The translations under genes and the position numbers were made by a program. From Lama guanicoe (taxonomy: Eukaryota): a stretch of 64,000 nucleotides of DNA. The notes under the pieces were generated by a model. The model was not told the DNA's origin. It worked only from the letters and a program-made list of their open reading frames with translations, and did not search any database. The stretch covers positions 12,661,175 through 12,725,174 of the forward strand of contig MU056000.1 in the NCBI GenBank assembly GCA_013239625.1, written 5' to 3'. Below are positions 24,285-37,885 of this stretch, one piece after another; the first letter of the stretch is position 1, and every line of letters starts with the position of its first letter.

Positions 24285-25734
24285 CTATTTAGAATTCTGA
24301 TATAAAATATTGTGGTAGTTAGAATTCTTATATGGTAAAGAGTCTCTATTCTCACATAAAGATTATGTAGATCTGATGATCTGCTGATGAGGGAGGGACA
24401 CTACTGCACTATTGTTTATCTTATGGAGACACTGTAATCTATCGAGATTTTCTAACATATAATTATTGCATTTAGGGGAATATAATGTCAACACTAGTAC
24501 TTATGAAAAAATGCAGAATCATGGTTTACCAAAGCATAGAGCTGGCTATCAGGAGTCAGACAGGATTTCACGACCTGGGAATTCTCAACAATCTGGAGGA
24601 GTTCAGATGTCAAATCCTGGTTTGGGGACTCGATTGCTTTGCAAGAGGAGACTGGAAAATTAGATGGTGTGTGGTACAGATGCAACAAAAAGACACAGGA
24701 CTGCCATTGACCTCAGGGGTGAATGGGAGGCACCAGCCGTGGAGCTGACTACTTTAATAAACTGTGACTAGAAGTTCAGCTCATTTTTAGAAGAAAAGTC
24801 AGAGTCTGAGAGTTGATGCCTACTAGTCCTGAGCGTCTCCTTTCCTATGGGGTTTGATCTTCCTATTCATCCTTCATACTTTTCTTTTTTTTTCCCCTGT
24901 GCCTCTGTCTTTCTCTTTCTGTTCTTATTTTTCCTCCTTTTCACCTATGCAGTATCACTGCAACATTAATACTCTTCTCATTATTACAAAGGAAATCACA
25001 ATTATGGAGTTAGATGTGAGTCTGATGGAAGCTATTTTGGATTAATTGATTCTAGCAACACATATTTTCCAAATAGATTTTGGCCTGATTTGGAAATTAA
25101 CAGTAGGTAAGAAATATCTTTATAAACGTATACTTGTGGACTCAGAACTAAGAAGTACAACTGTAGCAAATGGAAGCTTTTTACAGGAGACTAATGCATT
25201 ATAATGAAAAAAAAAAGACCGCTGACTTACAGAATTTATAGCAAGGTGCCTCTAATTCTGAATATAAAAAGATATACAGAATGCTATTTGGTCAGTACGA
25301 ATATAAACTATCACAGTTAATATTTTTATATTGCTATTAGAGCTGAAAAATGGTGTTGGAATCCAATCATTTCCTACTTTCTAATCATCCTATTTACAGT
25401 AGAACATAAAAGTCATTTAAAGATTACATGGACATTAATTCTATCCTTTATTTTTAATAAAACACGTTTTTGTTTATTTTTCCCATGTAGATGGAAAATA
25501 ATGAATAATGAAAACAATTACAGTCAGAACTAGATACATATACACATATGCACATGCACAGTGTTTTAATTCAGAATAATTTAGTTCACTAGTCCTGATC
25601 AAATAGTTTCTATGTGTATGTAAATTACAATATAAATATTATAAGTGTCATATAATATATATTTGTATTGATTTTTAAATGTTCAAATATTTCTAGAAGA
25701 ATCATGAGATATTAGAATAAAAATAACTAGAAGA

Positions 25735-25932
25735 AGGTTTGCAAAAGTCAACCACTATATATAAAAATAGATAAAAAACAAATTTCCTTTGTATAGCACA
25801 GGGAACTATATTCAATATCTTGTAATAACCTTTAATGTAAAAGAAAATGAAAACAAATATATGCATAACTGGGACATTATGCTGTACATCAGAAATTGAC
25901 ACATTGTAACTGACTATACCTCAATAAAAAAA
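25735..25932 (+). mobile_element. Short camelid-type L1 3'UTR end
   Basis: tgtatagcacagggaactatattcaatatcttgtaataacc...gaaattgacacattgtaactgactatacctcaataaaaaaa; same family text as 3880-4026. Confidence 0.9.
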
Positions 25933-26239
25933 TCTAGAGCAAACACCGATATATTCATTGTAAACTCTGAAAGTCATAGAAGAGATCATTTTTTGTGAGT
26001 GTTACTGAATATACCTGTGGAAAACAAAAGATGAGCAGGGCTTAACTTCTCAAAGTTACAATTAATCTCTAAATTTAACATCGTTCTACTGCCAGAATAA
26101 ATTCTTATATAATGCATGCTAAGTATGTAAATAAACTCAATGCAAAAGTTTACAAACTTTCCGCCATTTCTCTTCCAAACCCCTCTAAAGCATTTTCGTT
26201 TAGGTTTAGTTCATGAGCTTGTCCTGATGTCTCATTTTA

Positions 26240-26612
26240 AAGTAGCCCTGTCACTGTCACATCAGCTTCCTCTGCTTCCTGCTTAGCACTTGTCCGTACT
26301 GCAAATGATCTTGAGTATATTTTTACTTGCTCACTATTTATCTAATCCAGAGGCACATCTGAAGCATATGCAGTTTTATGATCCTTTTACAGAAAATAAT
26401 TCAAAATTATAAGTACAAATTAAATACAAGTTCTCTTGGAAAGACCCTGGCAAATGCGAGGCTATGAAGTGTTGCTTTCTTATTTTCAGGGTAATTCCAT
26501 TTCTGGTCTCACCTATTAGCTTATAAGATTCCTGGGAGCCCAGACTTATGTCTTGGTCACCCTTTAACCCCAGCACTTTGTATGCACTTAGTAAATATTT
26601 TTTTGAATAAAC
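26240..26612 (+). mobile_element. L2 3' end
   Basis: ataagattcctgggagcccagacttatgtcttggtcacc...ccccagcac...gcacttagtaaatattttttgaataa. Confidence 0.6.
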
Positions 26613-29600
26613 TCAGGAAGGTGCACGCCCCAATCACACTTCCTTCATTGCCCGTAACTATTTTTCTAGTAACAAACACAAATTCCTCCTGTTACAAATA
26701 ACAGGGCCCGGCGGAGCCATGTTACTTTGATTGTTTTATGTGTGGTCCTGTGTTAATTCTGCTGTGGTGCTTTGTGGAAAAAGTATTTTATTGCAATAAG
26801 GAGTGCATTTTTCTGTCTAAATGGCTATCCAGCATGACGTCTCTCATGATATAGTATCCTCTGACAGGTAAAGGATGGCTGTGAAAGATTTAGCAAGATC
26901 ATTTTACTTTTCCTTTTGAGGATTTTAAGGGTATTTGCACTTATTTTATATTCTGAGGTTTTTCATAGGGAGCACATATTGATTTTGTAATTAAAAAAAT
27001 TAAAGAAATTCTTTAATGAAGAGTAAGTTTAGTTCTCAGTGTTTGCCTGAAAGATCACCATTTTGGAGAACCCCTTCACTATGTGAAATCCCTGTTCACA
27101 TTTCTGACCACTTTATCCTAATTTTCACCTTCAGAAGGGTGGTGGTTATTTTAGTCTAGGCGGATATCTACTAAGAGGTGACGTGTTTATCAATGCAGAG
27201 TTCTCAGGTATGAGTTTTATAAAAATGAGTTACTCTTCTTGCTCTGTTGAGATATCTTGAGATTGCATGTGAAACTGCATCCCTCTTACCTCTTTAAGAG
27301 TGGGTCTGGCCCCATGGCTGTTCTTACTGCCTTTCTTCTCTGAGACATTTTAAGGAGTTACATTTTCCCAGTTTAGGTATATTTGATTTTAAGTAATTAA
27401 CTTCAAAGCATCTGGGACAACGCAGTATGATAGTCCTATCAGCGTTTCCCTGCCTTTCACTCATGGAGGCAGGATGCGTCACTTCAGGTGGTGTCTAAAG
27501 TGAAGAGTTACACGTCTGGCATGAACGTGGAGGTGGATTGCAGCCAATGGCAGAGTGACTTCCCCTTGTAGAACACTGGCTGAAATAAAAATTAAAAAAA
27601 TATATTTTGAAGATTAATTGGAGCCAATTGTAGTACTGGTTTTTTTTCCCTTGTTAATATCACTCAGCACGTTCAAAATCCATCCCAACACTGCGAACGC
27701 ATGCTGAGGTCAGCCTCAGAAGAGTATAATTAAGAAGAAAATCTACTGTCCCCAAAATAAGCAAGTAAGAATCATGGGTTACACAGAAATGACTTTAAGA
27801 TTATTTATTTGATTTGAATTATCCACATATGAATACTTCATTAGTCTTGTCAATCATCGTTTTTTAGACAAACGAGATTCAAACAGGGATATATGCAAAA
27901 GCAGAATCAATGAATATTTACTGGGGGAATTAGAATGTAAGGGTGTGAAAAGTCCTTTCTGATCACAAAGACAACAGTTTTCAAACACTAGCTGAAGAGA
28001 ATTGGATACTAATGAATCAAACTTCGTTTACATCCAGTGTTCGTGATGGAGCTTCTAGGAATTGTTTTAGAATTAGCAAACCGGAGGAAGTTGAAGTTCA
28101 TAGTCTGGCATAATGGGCCTGGGTTTTCAGGACGATTGGGGAGAACCATAATCCTAATGACCACCAGACCTGTAGTTAGCAGGTTTTAGTGCCACTTAAG
28201 GTCAAGTGAAAGCACTGATGTGTATATGGTGGATCTCTGTTTACGTATCACAACAGAGGGGCTGTCATCGCTAGATGCAGGGCATATACCTTGCTACGTT
28301 TTTCCACTGACGTGGAGTTAATTTTAGTTTTGGAGCATCTGATCAGTGCTTTAAAGTAGAATTTCTGGGAAGGTTTTACCTTCAGCTCTCCCACCCTCAT
28401 CCAAAATATTCCAGATAAAAGGTACCAGAAACTCCGTAAGTCTTACGTGTTAGATGGTTTTGATTAAAGAGAAATGCCAGCCAGCTGTGTCCATGTTATT
28501 AGGAGCTCCTATGGGCTGTCACCATTAGTCTGGCACTAAAAAGAGAAGTGAGTTATTGATGTCTCAGTTTTAAATAAAATTTGATCTTAACAGTAAGAGT
28601 TTGTTAAGTGGTTATGACCAATGTATTTGCACAGTGAGGGGTACACTGGGATGAGAGGACTGGACCCTAACAGCAGCCTTGCAAGCAGAGGACCTTGCTT
28701 TGGGCTCTGTCAGAAGGGGCAGCAATGCCTTCTGATCAGTTTTGGTATAAACCTCATCACTGGTTGGATTACGGCATTTGGCATTGTGAACTGACTCCTT
28801 GGGCATACTGCTTTAAGGCTTTGCAATGCTGTCTCCCTGATATTTGTGGCCACAACATTTCTTCAATCTTTACAACCCACTACCTGCATCCCCCATCTAT
28901 TAATATTATAGTGGCTTAATATTAACCTAAATGGAGCAAACCTGCTAGGCAACACAGAACATTTTCACCCATCTTCTAGTCATTCTCCCTGGCCTGATAG
29001 TTTTCTTAAATACGAAATCAGCTGGATGCCTGAATATCTGCATATAGATTTTCCTTTTGTTTCTTACTTCCATGTTGCCCAGTGGTTCACAACATTTAGT
29101 GTGCCTTAGAATGATGGCACAGGATTTCAGGCACAAAACATTATATTGTGCCTTATTGACAATTTAGGGAATAGTCAATGGTAATTTTTTTTTTTTACCA
29201 TATAAGATTTTTAAGATGAGATTCCACTTACATATTTTCATGCATTATTTCTTGTGACTGTCACAACAGTCCTCTGAAACAGAAAAGGTAGGTGTTCTCT
29301 CAATCTTCAGAATGGGTAAGTAAGGCTGAGAACTTACATAAAAATGAAAATGAGCTTTTGAAGTTCTATCTAGTAATCCCTGAGCTTTTTCCTTCTGCAT
29401 TTCCTTCTATGTGACTCTTCCTCTGACCAAAGAGGCTTCTACTTTCCCCGGAGTTGAATTGTTATACCAGCAACATGAGAGAATCAGTCAGTATCTGTAA
29501 AAGCCTGATTTTGCTGAGAGAAGAAATGCTCACGAGAATCACAAAGGAAGATCCCTGAAGGAGGCAGGATGTAGAGTTAATGTCGTAACCCCCGATTGGA

Positions 29601-29695
29601 AAGGGAGTAAAATCTCGAGTTCGACTTGCTAGGAGACAAGGTGAGAGCATTCTGGTTTCCCAGGAGTGGGAAAGAGCATTTGATGGGACTTGATC

Positions 29696-29766
29696 TTGCA
29701 AAAGGTCACGGGTCATTGTGGGTGTAGACCTTGCAAAAGGTCAGCGGGTCATTGTGGGTGTAGACC
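29696..29766. repeat. 35/36-bp tandem duplication containing nuclear-receptor direct repeats
   Basis: ttgcaaaaggtca-c-gggtcattgtgggtgtagacc followed by ttgcaaaaggtca-gc-gggtcattgtgggtgtagacc. Confidence 0.95.
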
Positions 29767-30619
29767 ACACCTGGGGGCCCATTGGGAGAATCTAGTCAGC
29801 ACTGAAGGGCTGGTCTGCATTGTCTGTGACCAACAGCAGGGACTGAATGAATGAGAACCCAGCTAATGGCTGTGGACACACTGTTGCCATCCATGGGAAG
29901 CCTGCGTGTTAGCTGTGTCAAGGACCCAAATAGCTCTTCCTTATAGCCACCTGGGTCTTTCATGACCCTTTCAACTGAGTTATTGTTGGCTTGTGCTCTC
30001 TTGTTTTTCTGAGTCCCATCCAAAATGACCCACATGGATACTCCTCTTTTCAATAGCCAAGACATCTGGTGGCTTTACCTGTCATCTGTAGAGGGACAAT
30101 ATGACATGGAATAGAAAGAAATCCTTTAATGCTAGTACTTAGATGGAGCTGGATGGTGGCGAGAGCCATCGCTTTTTCACATTTTTGCCAAGGATGGAGG
30201 AAGCAGTTAAACTGGGTTGGCATTTGCTTTTTTTTCTCTACAGCCTCCGTTCTTGACTGCTCTGCCAAATCAACTCTTCCTATTAGCTGAATATCATCCA
30301 AATAATAAAGGTACGTGAATGACTATGTGAGAAAGGGAAGAGAAAGCAGGAATCAGTGGAAGCAAGAGAAGACAGTATGCTGATGTTTCAAAGACTCAGA
30401 CTGGCTTAAAAGAGTCACTATCTTCCTTAACAGAGTGGCCAACAAAAAGCACAGATTTCTTTTAGCTCTGAAAATGCAAATTATCTCAGTCTTTATGCAG
30501 AGATTTTGAAACATGGAATGGATTTTTCTTTTTGATGTAAACCATACAATTTAAATCTGCTCCACAAAATAATGTTTTAGTGCATTAATATTTATCTCTT
30601 GCTTACAAAGCTGTCCATT

Positions 30620-32620
30620 CTCCAAGGAACACTTATTTATTGTTTACCAAGACTAAGTGCTTAGGATACAAAAATAAATAAGATATGGTTAAATAAGGAT
30701 TTAAAGAGGATTTAATGGTCTAGTAGCATGTGAAAGATAAATTACATATATATATTGCAGCAAGCATTAGAGTAGAGGTACGGAAAAAGTTTCATACTTT
30801 GGGCATAGGAGGATGGAGCAACTACTTCTGCTTGCTATTTGCTTTAATGCTTGAAAGATGAGTGAAAGACTGAAAGGTAGAGAAAAGGGAGATAATAGAA
30901 GAAAAGGTTCCAGCACAGAGAAAGAGGACGTGTAGAGCGCCAGCAGGGTGCATGTGGTGCAGTGGTTAGAGACCCACGTACAGAGGAAAGATGGAGGCAG
31001 ATGGTGAAGGGCCATTTGGCCAAGCTATAAATGGGCTCAGAGGTGATCATGAACTTGGATGACCCTCATAATTTCATCCCTGCCAACTTCTCTAACTTCA
31101 CCATGTGCCACAGTTTCCCTCAAACACAGAAACTTTTTCAGTCCCTCAAGCCTGCCGTGAGCCTTCTCACCTTGGAGACTTCATGTATGCTACATTTCTG
31201 TCTGAAAAGTAGTTTTCACTTGACTCTCCCTTCTTGCCTTTGTCCAAATATATCATATTTGGAAATCTGCTCCTTCTCATCTCTCAGGTTCAGTTTAATT
31301 CAGAAAGACCTTCCTTGCCCCCCAGACCAACCTAAAAAATGTAGGTTTCCACCTGTGATTCTCCTTTCAATTTTTCTCATAATATTTATCACTATTTAGA
31401 AGTATATAAATGGTAATTTATAAAGTACATACTCTGTAATTATTTTTGCTACCTTGGTTTTGTACTTTATTCTTTGACGTAAAATTCCCCACCAAGTTCC
31501 TAGAATACTTTTCCTTCTCCTTGATGCATTTCAAAATACTATTATTCCCTCCAGATTCTGGCACCTAAAGGAGAAATCAGGCTGAAGTATGAAATTTAGG
31601 ATTATCTTCATATAGATAAATTTTAAATCCAGGCTAAAGGAAGAGATCACCTAGGAAGAAAATATGAGGGGCAGGAGAACTCCTAACATCGCTTGCAGAT
31701 CATACAGGCTCCAGTGGAAGATGGGGGAGGTCCAGCTTGGATACTGCCAGCTAAGACACTAACATGTCATAAGGACACCGGATCTGATTTCTTCTCCGTG
31801 ACTCAGACCAGCACATCAAAACTGACTAGAACATCAAAATTCTTATTGATAATCTCATCTGCTTGTCATCAAGACACCTCAGACTCCACAAGTCCAAATC
31901 TCAATTCCTGGTCTTCCTCACCAAATACATTTCTTTCTCCCTATATGTCCTTCTTACCTCTCCATCACTATGTCAGTCTGAAGTGTGGATCATTTTTCAC
32001 TCCTCCTTTTCTGTCATCCCTCTTCGTACCTGATGCAACTCCAATGGTGATAACGCTTGAAAGGTAGTATCAAAGGGTATAACTGAGAGAATTTATTTAG
32101 TTTGGATAGTCAGGTAAGTCTTTCCTGAGGAAACAGCCTTTGACCTGAACGTTGAAATAATTAATTTCCTGGGTCGAGTGAAAAAACTCCTGGGGAAGGA
32201 GGAAATGTTTCTGGCAAAGTGAACTTTTCCCTAAGTTCATGCCTAGTTGAGGAAAGAAGGGAACTCCAGTGTGATCACAGCAGAGGGAACAAGTGAAGTA
32301 TAAAATGGGAAGAGGTGGAGAGGGACGCAGGATTATATCAGGGGGAACATGATATGTTCAGAATCCTGGTCTTAAATACAACAGGGCATTAGGGAAGCAT
32401 TCTAAGCGGAGGGATGTGCAGATTCAGCTAAAATTTTACAAGATCATGTTGGTTACTCTGTGGACCAGAATGTAGGCAGCATATAAGAGGAGCTGTGGGA
32501 AGACTAGTTAGAGATATAATGCAACCACGTGATAAATGATGATGGTTTGGATTAAGGTCCTGGCTGTTGGGACACAGACAAGTGGATAGATTCAGGATAT
32601 GTGAGTGATTAAATTGACAG
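30620..32620. mobile_element. Cluster of L2 fragments in alternating orientation
   Basis: Purine-rich antisense L2 text (~30620-31030, ~32050-32620; e.g. ttttacaagatcatgttggttactctgtgg...gggaagactagttagag) and pyrimidine-rich sense text (~31040-31450, ~31850-32030). Confidence 0.65.
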
Positions 32621-33049
32621 GCAATTCAAAATTTTGCTTTACGTGGCCCATTCTTGGGCTTCACACCACTTGCATAGTCTCATTCTCCTGCTAGAGTTCC
32701 TGCTGCTGCTCTGGCACACTGGATGTGTTTAACATCTGCATCCTGGTCTATGCTTTGAGCTTCTTCCTGATGTAACCCCAATCTCCCTTCCCACTAGCCC
32801 CCAATATTTCGGCCAAATGCTTAAATTATTAACTTGAGATATTTTTTCCCTTGGACTCTGTAACTTTTATTATTCTTTTACTTTCCTACTGTATCATCCT
32901 CACCTTTTTCCATGTTTATAAGGTGCTATTCAAGACTACATCAAAGATCATCTTTATCTTAAAATTAATCATATTAGTTTAGCACAAAATGACCTTTTCT
33001 CCTTCTAAACTCCTATTGCTCTGATTTTTTAAAAATTTCCAATGGAATT

Positions 33050-33994
33050 TGGTGAGTTAATTGCCTGTTCACTCTCAGATCCAAATTCTACCCTTTCTCT
33101 ATTACGTTTTGTATCTCAGAGAACTGGTCTTTGCCAGTATGTTTGCCAGTCTCCCTTGGCAAATGGCTTTCCTCCATGTTAGGTCAATGGGAGGCACTGG
33201 AGGGAGACTAGAAAGTGAGGGTAAGCTGGAAACCAGTTACAAATCCTAATATGCTTGTCTGGGTTGCTGACACCTTAGTTTTGCTACGAGAGCAGCTGAG
33301 AAGACAAATGGGGCACCATAGCCATAATCTCAACAGATAGCAGAGACGACTTTCTGGAAAGACCACGGTAGCCGGCCCAGAGTTGACACAGTCCCTAATC
33401 AATTAGCCCAGGTGCCATCATCCAATCCACAGCACACAAATATTTCAATTTCCTAGTAGGACTTACTGGTATTTTTAAAAATTATTTGTACTTTTTACAA
33501 ATATAGAAAGGGATTGCTATTTTCCGTCCTAAGACTCAGCTCCTAGAGTGTTATTTCTCTGTTGTAGCACGTTCACTGCCTGGAAGCAAACTTCCTACGT
33601 GCTGTTCTTTGGTTCCAGGGTCTTACTTTCTGTTTTCCCTCTGTAATCTCTCCCACGTGTTTCAGGCGATGACTTCTCTGGGGCCCTAGCTTCCTCTATA
33701 AAATCCATCTCGTGATCCCAGCCTTACCAAGCATCCCTCGCATAGGGCTGGTTCTCCCCAGGTGGCCCTGAGCCAGGCCACTGGGCTGTGGCAGTATCGT
33801 CGCAGCATTCCCATGTCCTTCCAGACCTAGAGAGAGCAGTGGTCGCTGCCGATCTTCGGCATGCCTCAGTGTTCCCTGTCTGGTCTGTAAGTTTTTGCAA
33901 TTAGTAATTGTAATGAATTTTCCCAAGTCAAATTTATTCTATGAAACTTCTTGGCATCATCTCTATTTTTGTTGATTACACTTTAACTGATAGA
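33050..33994 (+). mobile_element. ERVL solo LTR (LTR33/LTR41/LTR50 group)
   Basis: 5' cagatccaaattctaccctttctct...ctcccttggc...ggtcaatgggaggcactggagggagact; 3' end ...taactgataga. Confidence 0.65.
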
Positions 33995-35194
33995 ATGACT
34001 TAATAGAAAAAAAATTCTGTATTCAGCAAAGAAAGCACTTTAAAAACAATTCCAGGTTTGGGGTTTATTAACTATGCCTTTGAGCAACTAATTTCACCTC
34101 TGTGAACCTTGATCTTTTCTTTTTTAATATGGAGTTGCCTATCTTATTAATATATGAAAATTAAATATTAAAATGGACATGAGAGTACTCTGTAAAGTGC
34201 TAAGCAGATATAAATCTCTTATATCATCTCTTATACACTTCTCATTTGTTATTCACGTTGTTCATCTTTTAGTGAACTTGTTTCCTATATTCATAAACAG
34301 GTGATCAACTTTATAAGGGCATCCATTATCTTGCATCCCTTTGTATAAGCTCTCAGTGATGTAATACATTATTGTTGCTCCATGTATCATAGTAGTTCAA
34401 TAAATATAATTGAAACATCACTAATAGAACGTATAGCGATGTTTTCTAACAAATACAGTTCCTATACTTTCAAATGTGTCCCAAAGAAACAGTCAATGTG
34501 TAATCTATACATAGTGGATTTGAAACCACATCCTAAGGAACAGGCTTTACTTCAGCTACTTCTGTAACTTGAGACAAGACACAATGAGAGAAGAAAGGTT
34601 TTCTGACCATTGGAAAGATATTTTTTTAGGTTACCCTCAAAAGATATTATTTTTTTTTTCCTCCTGATTTTGAAGTTACGGCAAAAAAAAACAACAACAG
34701 TAGAATTCCTCCATTGACGGTCATGGCAGAAGGAATCAGCAAAACACATTTGCCTTCCAAGGAAGTTACTCAGGAGTGTCATACCTCCTGGGGTTCCAGC
34801 TTGGTACAGATTTTCTAATTGTTGTAATTAAAACAGAGAAAGGCAGCACCAAAAGAAACAGAAATAGAAAGTTAGAGCTATTGGTGGTTGAGGCAGAAAG
34901 CATACACTTTAAGAATTGGACTTTGAGCAAATTCAGACAGATAAAACAGCACGCAGTCAGTATACTGGTTTAATACCAGGAAGTGATTAGTTTGGTATGG
35001 AGGAGCGAAGGAAGCAGAAATAGGCAGCAAGAGGCAGAGAACAGGCCCATCCCTTGGAAAGGAGACTTTCACCCAGATGATTCTTTCTAGGTAACGACAC
35101 TGACTTTTGACTTTTGGCAGGAGGTCATTAACACCAGAACCACACTGTAATGATTCTCATGTATTATTTACAATTAAAAATAACAGCATATCTT

Positions 35195-35750
35195 TACTTA
35201 TTTATATTTAAGTATATTTGGTGTATTATGTGTTAGTTTCAGGTGTACAGCAAAGTGATTCAGTTATACATATATATCTATATTTACATTCTTTTTCAGA
35301 TTATTTTCTATTATAGGTTATTGTAAGATATTGAATCTCATGCCCTGCACTATACAGTAGGTCCTTATTGTTTATCTATTTTATATATAGTAGTGTGTAT
35401 ATAGTAATCCCAAATTCCTAATTTATCCCTCCCCCTCACCCCTTTCTGCTTTGGTAACCATAGTTTGTTTTCTGTCTGTGAGTATATTTCTGGTTTGTAA
35501 ATAAATTCATTTGTATCTTTTTTTCCCCCAGATTCCACATATAAGTGATAATGATATTTGTCTTTCTCTGTCTGACTTACTTCACTTAATGTGATAATCT
35601 GTAGGTCCATCCATGTTGTTGCAAGTGGCATTATTTTATTCATTTTTTATGGATGAGTAATATTCCATTATATATATGTGTGTGTGTGTATACATCTTCT
35701 TTGTCCATTCATCTGTTGATAGACATTTAAGTGGCTCCAATGTCTTGGCT
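35195..35750 (-). mobile_element. 5'-truncated cetartiodactyl L1 3' end
   Basis: ORF2 tail MPLATTWMDLQIITLSEVSQTEKDKY on the - strand; 18-bp TSD aaaataacagcatatctt (35177-35194) / aaaatagcagcatatctt (35751-35768). Confidence 0.95.
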
Positions 35751-37399
35751 AAAATAGCAGCATATCTTAAATGATGTGTACATAATATATTCCAAGCTTT
35801 CATTCAGTTCTCAATCATCTTACTGTGTCTACAAGATTTCATGTTAAATAGCCCATTAAGGGATAGTTTTGATTAGGATCTTGGCATGATAGCTCTGACT
35901 AATGTTGCAAGCCTTGTTCTCAGAAGACCTTTTACAGAAACACTTTTACATTTTATATTTTTGGCCATTTCAGTTGTGCGTGACTTCTTAAAATTTCTGA
36001 GGATGTAGTTTAGTGCCCATTTATATGGTTTTTACGTGTCTACGTGTGAATGCATATCTATCCTTAGATACTTTCTGCAAACTCTTTCCTGAGCTAATGG
36101 CCTTTGTGCATGTGGTGGCTGTTAAGTCACGCCTTTAGGAGATGCATGTTCCTCCTTTAATGGTTACTTTTCTTTTCCCAGCCAGAGAAAATCCAGTGGG
36201 GGCAAAGTGATTAAAAAATAAAAATAACAACTATTGATAATTTTGTAACTTTCTAATTTAACCCTTGGTTAAGATCAACATACGTTCCTGGAATTTGAGG
36301 AAAATGAATGGAATTTTAGCTTTCTCTTCTTTACCACCAATGATTTAATAAAATCATTTTCCCTTGTAGCTAGGAGAAGCAAAGGTTTATAACTCAAAAG
36401 AGGTGATACAGCACTAGGTTTATTTCCAGATTTGTCACAAACATAAGGAACTGCAGTTACTGTTAAAAATAGGTTGGTTGAGGCTTGAAGTGTAATTAAT
36501 CGAATGAAAAAATATATCATTTTCCACAGCCTTTTGACTAAATATGTCTTACTGGGTATTGGTAAGATCATCAGTTTAAGATTTGCAAAATTAAAGGGTT
36601 TCCTGCTTACTGAGAAGTCTTCATAAGTCTTTCAGGCTTCTATTTCTTTTTTGATAATTCTATCTGCCTAATCTTTATTCTCTATCTAAAGAATTTTTCC
36701 CATTAGGTTCAAAAATCACTACTTTGCCCTTTGGGAAAGGGGATTGTTCTTTTAAGTATATTCTAATAAACTACCATAATAAGATCTGCATAATAAAGTT
36801 ATATTAAAATATTACTTGGAACCACTATTTTGAATAAAATATTTAACTTAATTATGCAATGGTTAAAGCAGGAATTTAGAAGTAAATTTATTTTGAGTTT
36901 GGCTGTATTTCCAACACCATGAACTTCAAGAGCCTCTCTAACCTTGATTTCCAGTTGAAAATAAAACAGACAAACAAAAATATGAATAACAAAAATTTCA
37001 TAGTACCAGTTGCTTCACTTACTTGGTGTTAATTGGTTTGATTAATTCAGTTTTACTTAACTAACATTCTAATCATGCTGACTCAAATACAATTTGTATT
37101 GTTACAGTATAGCAACAGCCTCTTTCTCTGTTTATCCTAATTCAAACATGCACATATGTTATGTTAGCCATCTTTTAATGGCCAACTAGCACAACTGAAG
37201 ACATTTAAATTTTCTTCTTAGCGTCCTCTCTGCTGACACTTGTAAAATCATTTGGGTACTGTCATTCTTATTGGCTACAAGCTAATTTGAACCAATCAAT
37301 ACAAATCAGGGCTCATATGATTTTTTCTGCTTTTTAGAGTTGATACAGATGATTTGTCAGTCCCTGAAAATTTCATAGAGACCTTTTACCAAATTTAGG

Positions 37400-37885
37400 G
37401 CAGCTCTGATCCTGACATTTTCTTGCTCCAAAGTCTTTAAAGGTTTCATGTTGCTATGGAAATGAGACATAAATTTCTCAGTCAGGAATGCATGACCATG
37501 GTCTAAGAGGAAGACCTCATTCATAGTTTGCTGCCCTATCCCCCCCACTTACCCATGATCCAGACCAATAAGAGGACTCCACTTTCCCCAACACACTTCC
37601 TCCATTTCCTTAGCACAACTCTCTTTAAGTAGTTTACGTAACTTCCACGGATTATCCTCAATTTCCAGTTCTCCTTGTAAATTTTTTCTGATCTCTGAAA
37701 TGGGATATAATTATATTTACCTTTGAACTCCATAATGTGCTGATTTAATTGTTGGGGATCCTTATTGTCCTTGGAATTTACAGCTATTTATGTACACACA
37801 TTATAGCATCTTGAGGACAGGCATTGTGCCTTTCTCATGCTGGTATTTCTTTTGTGTTTATCACAATGTTTTGCACATAATAAGT
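37400..37885 (+). mobile_element. L2 fragment
   Basis: cttgctccaaagtctttaaaggtttc...cttgaggacaggcattgtgcc...cacaatgttttgcacataataagtg. Confidence 0.6.
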
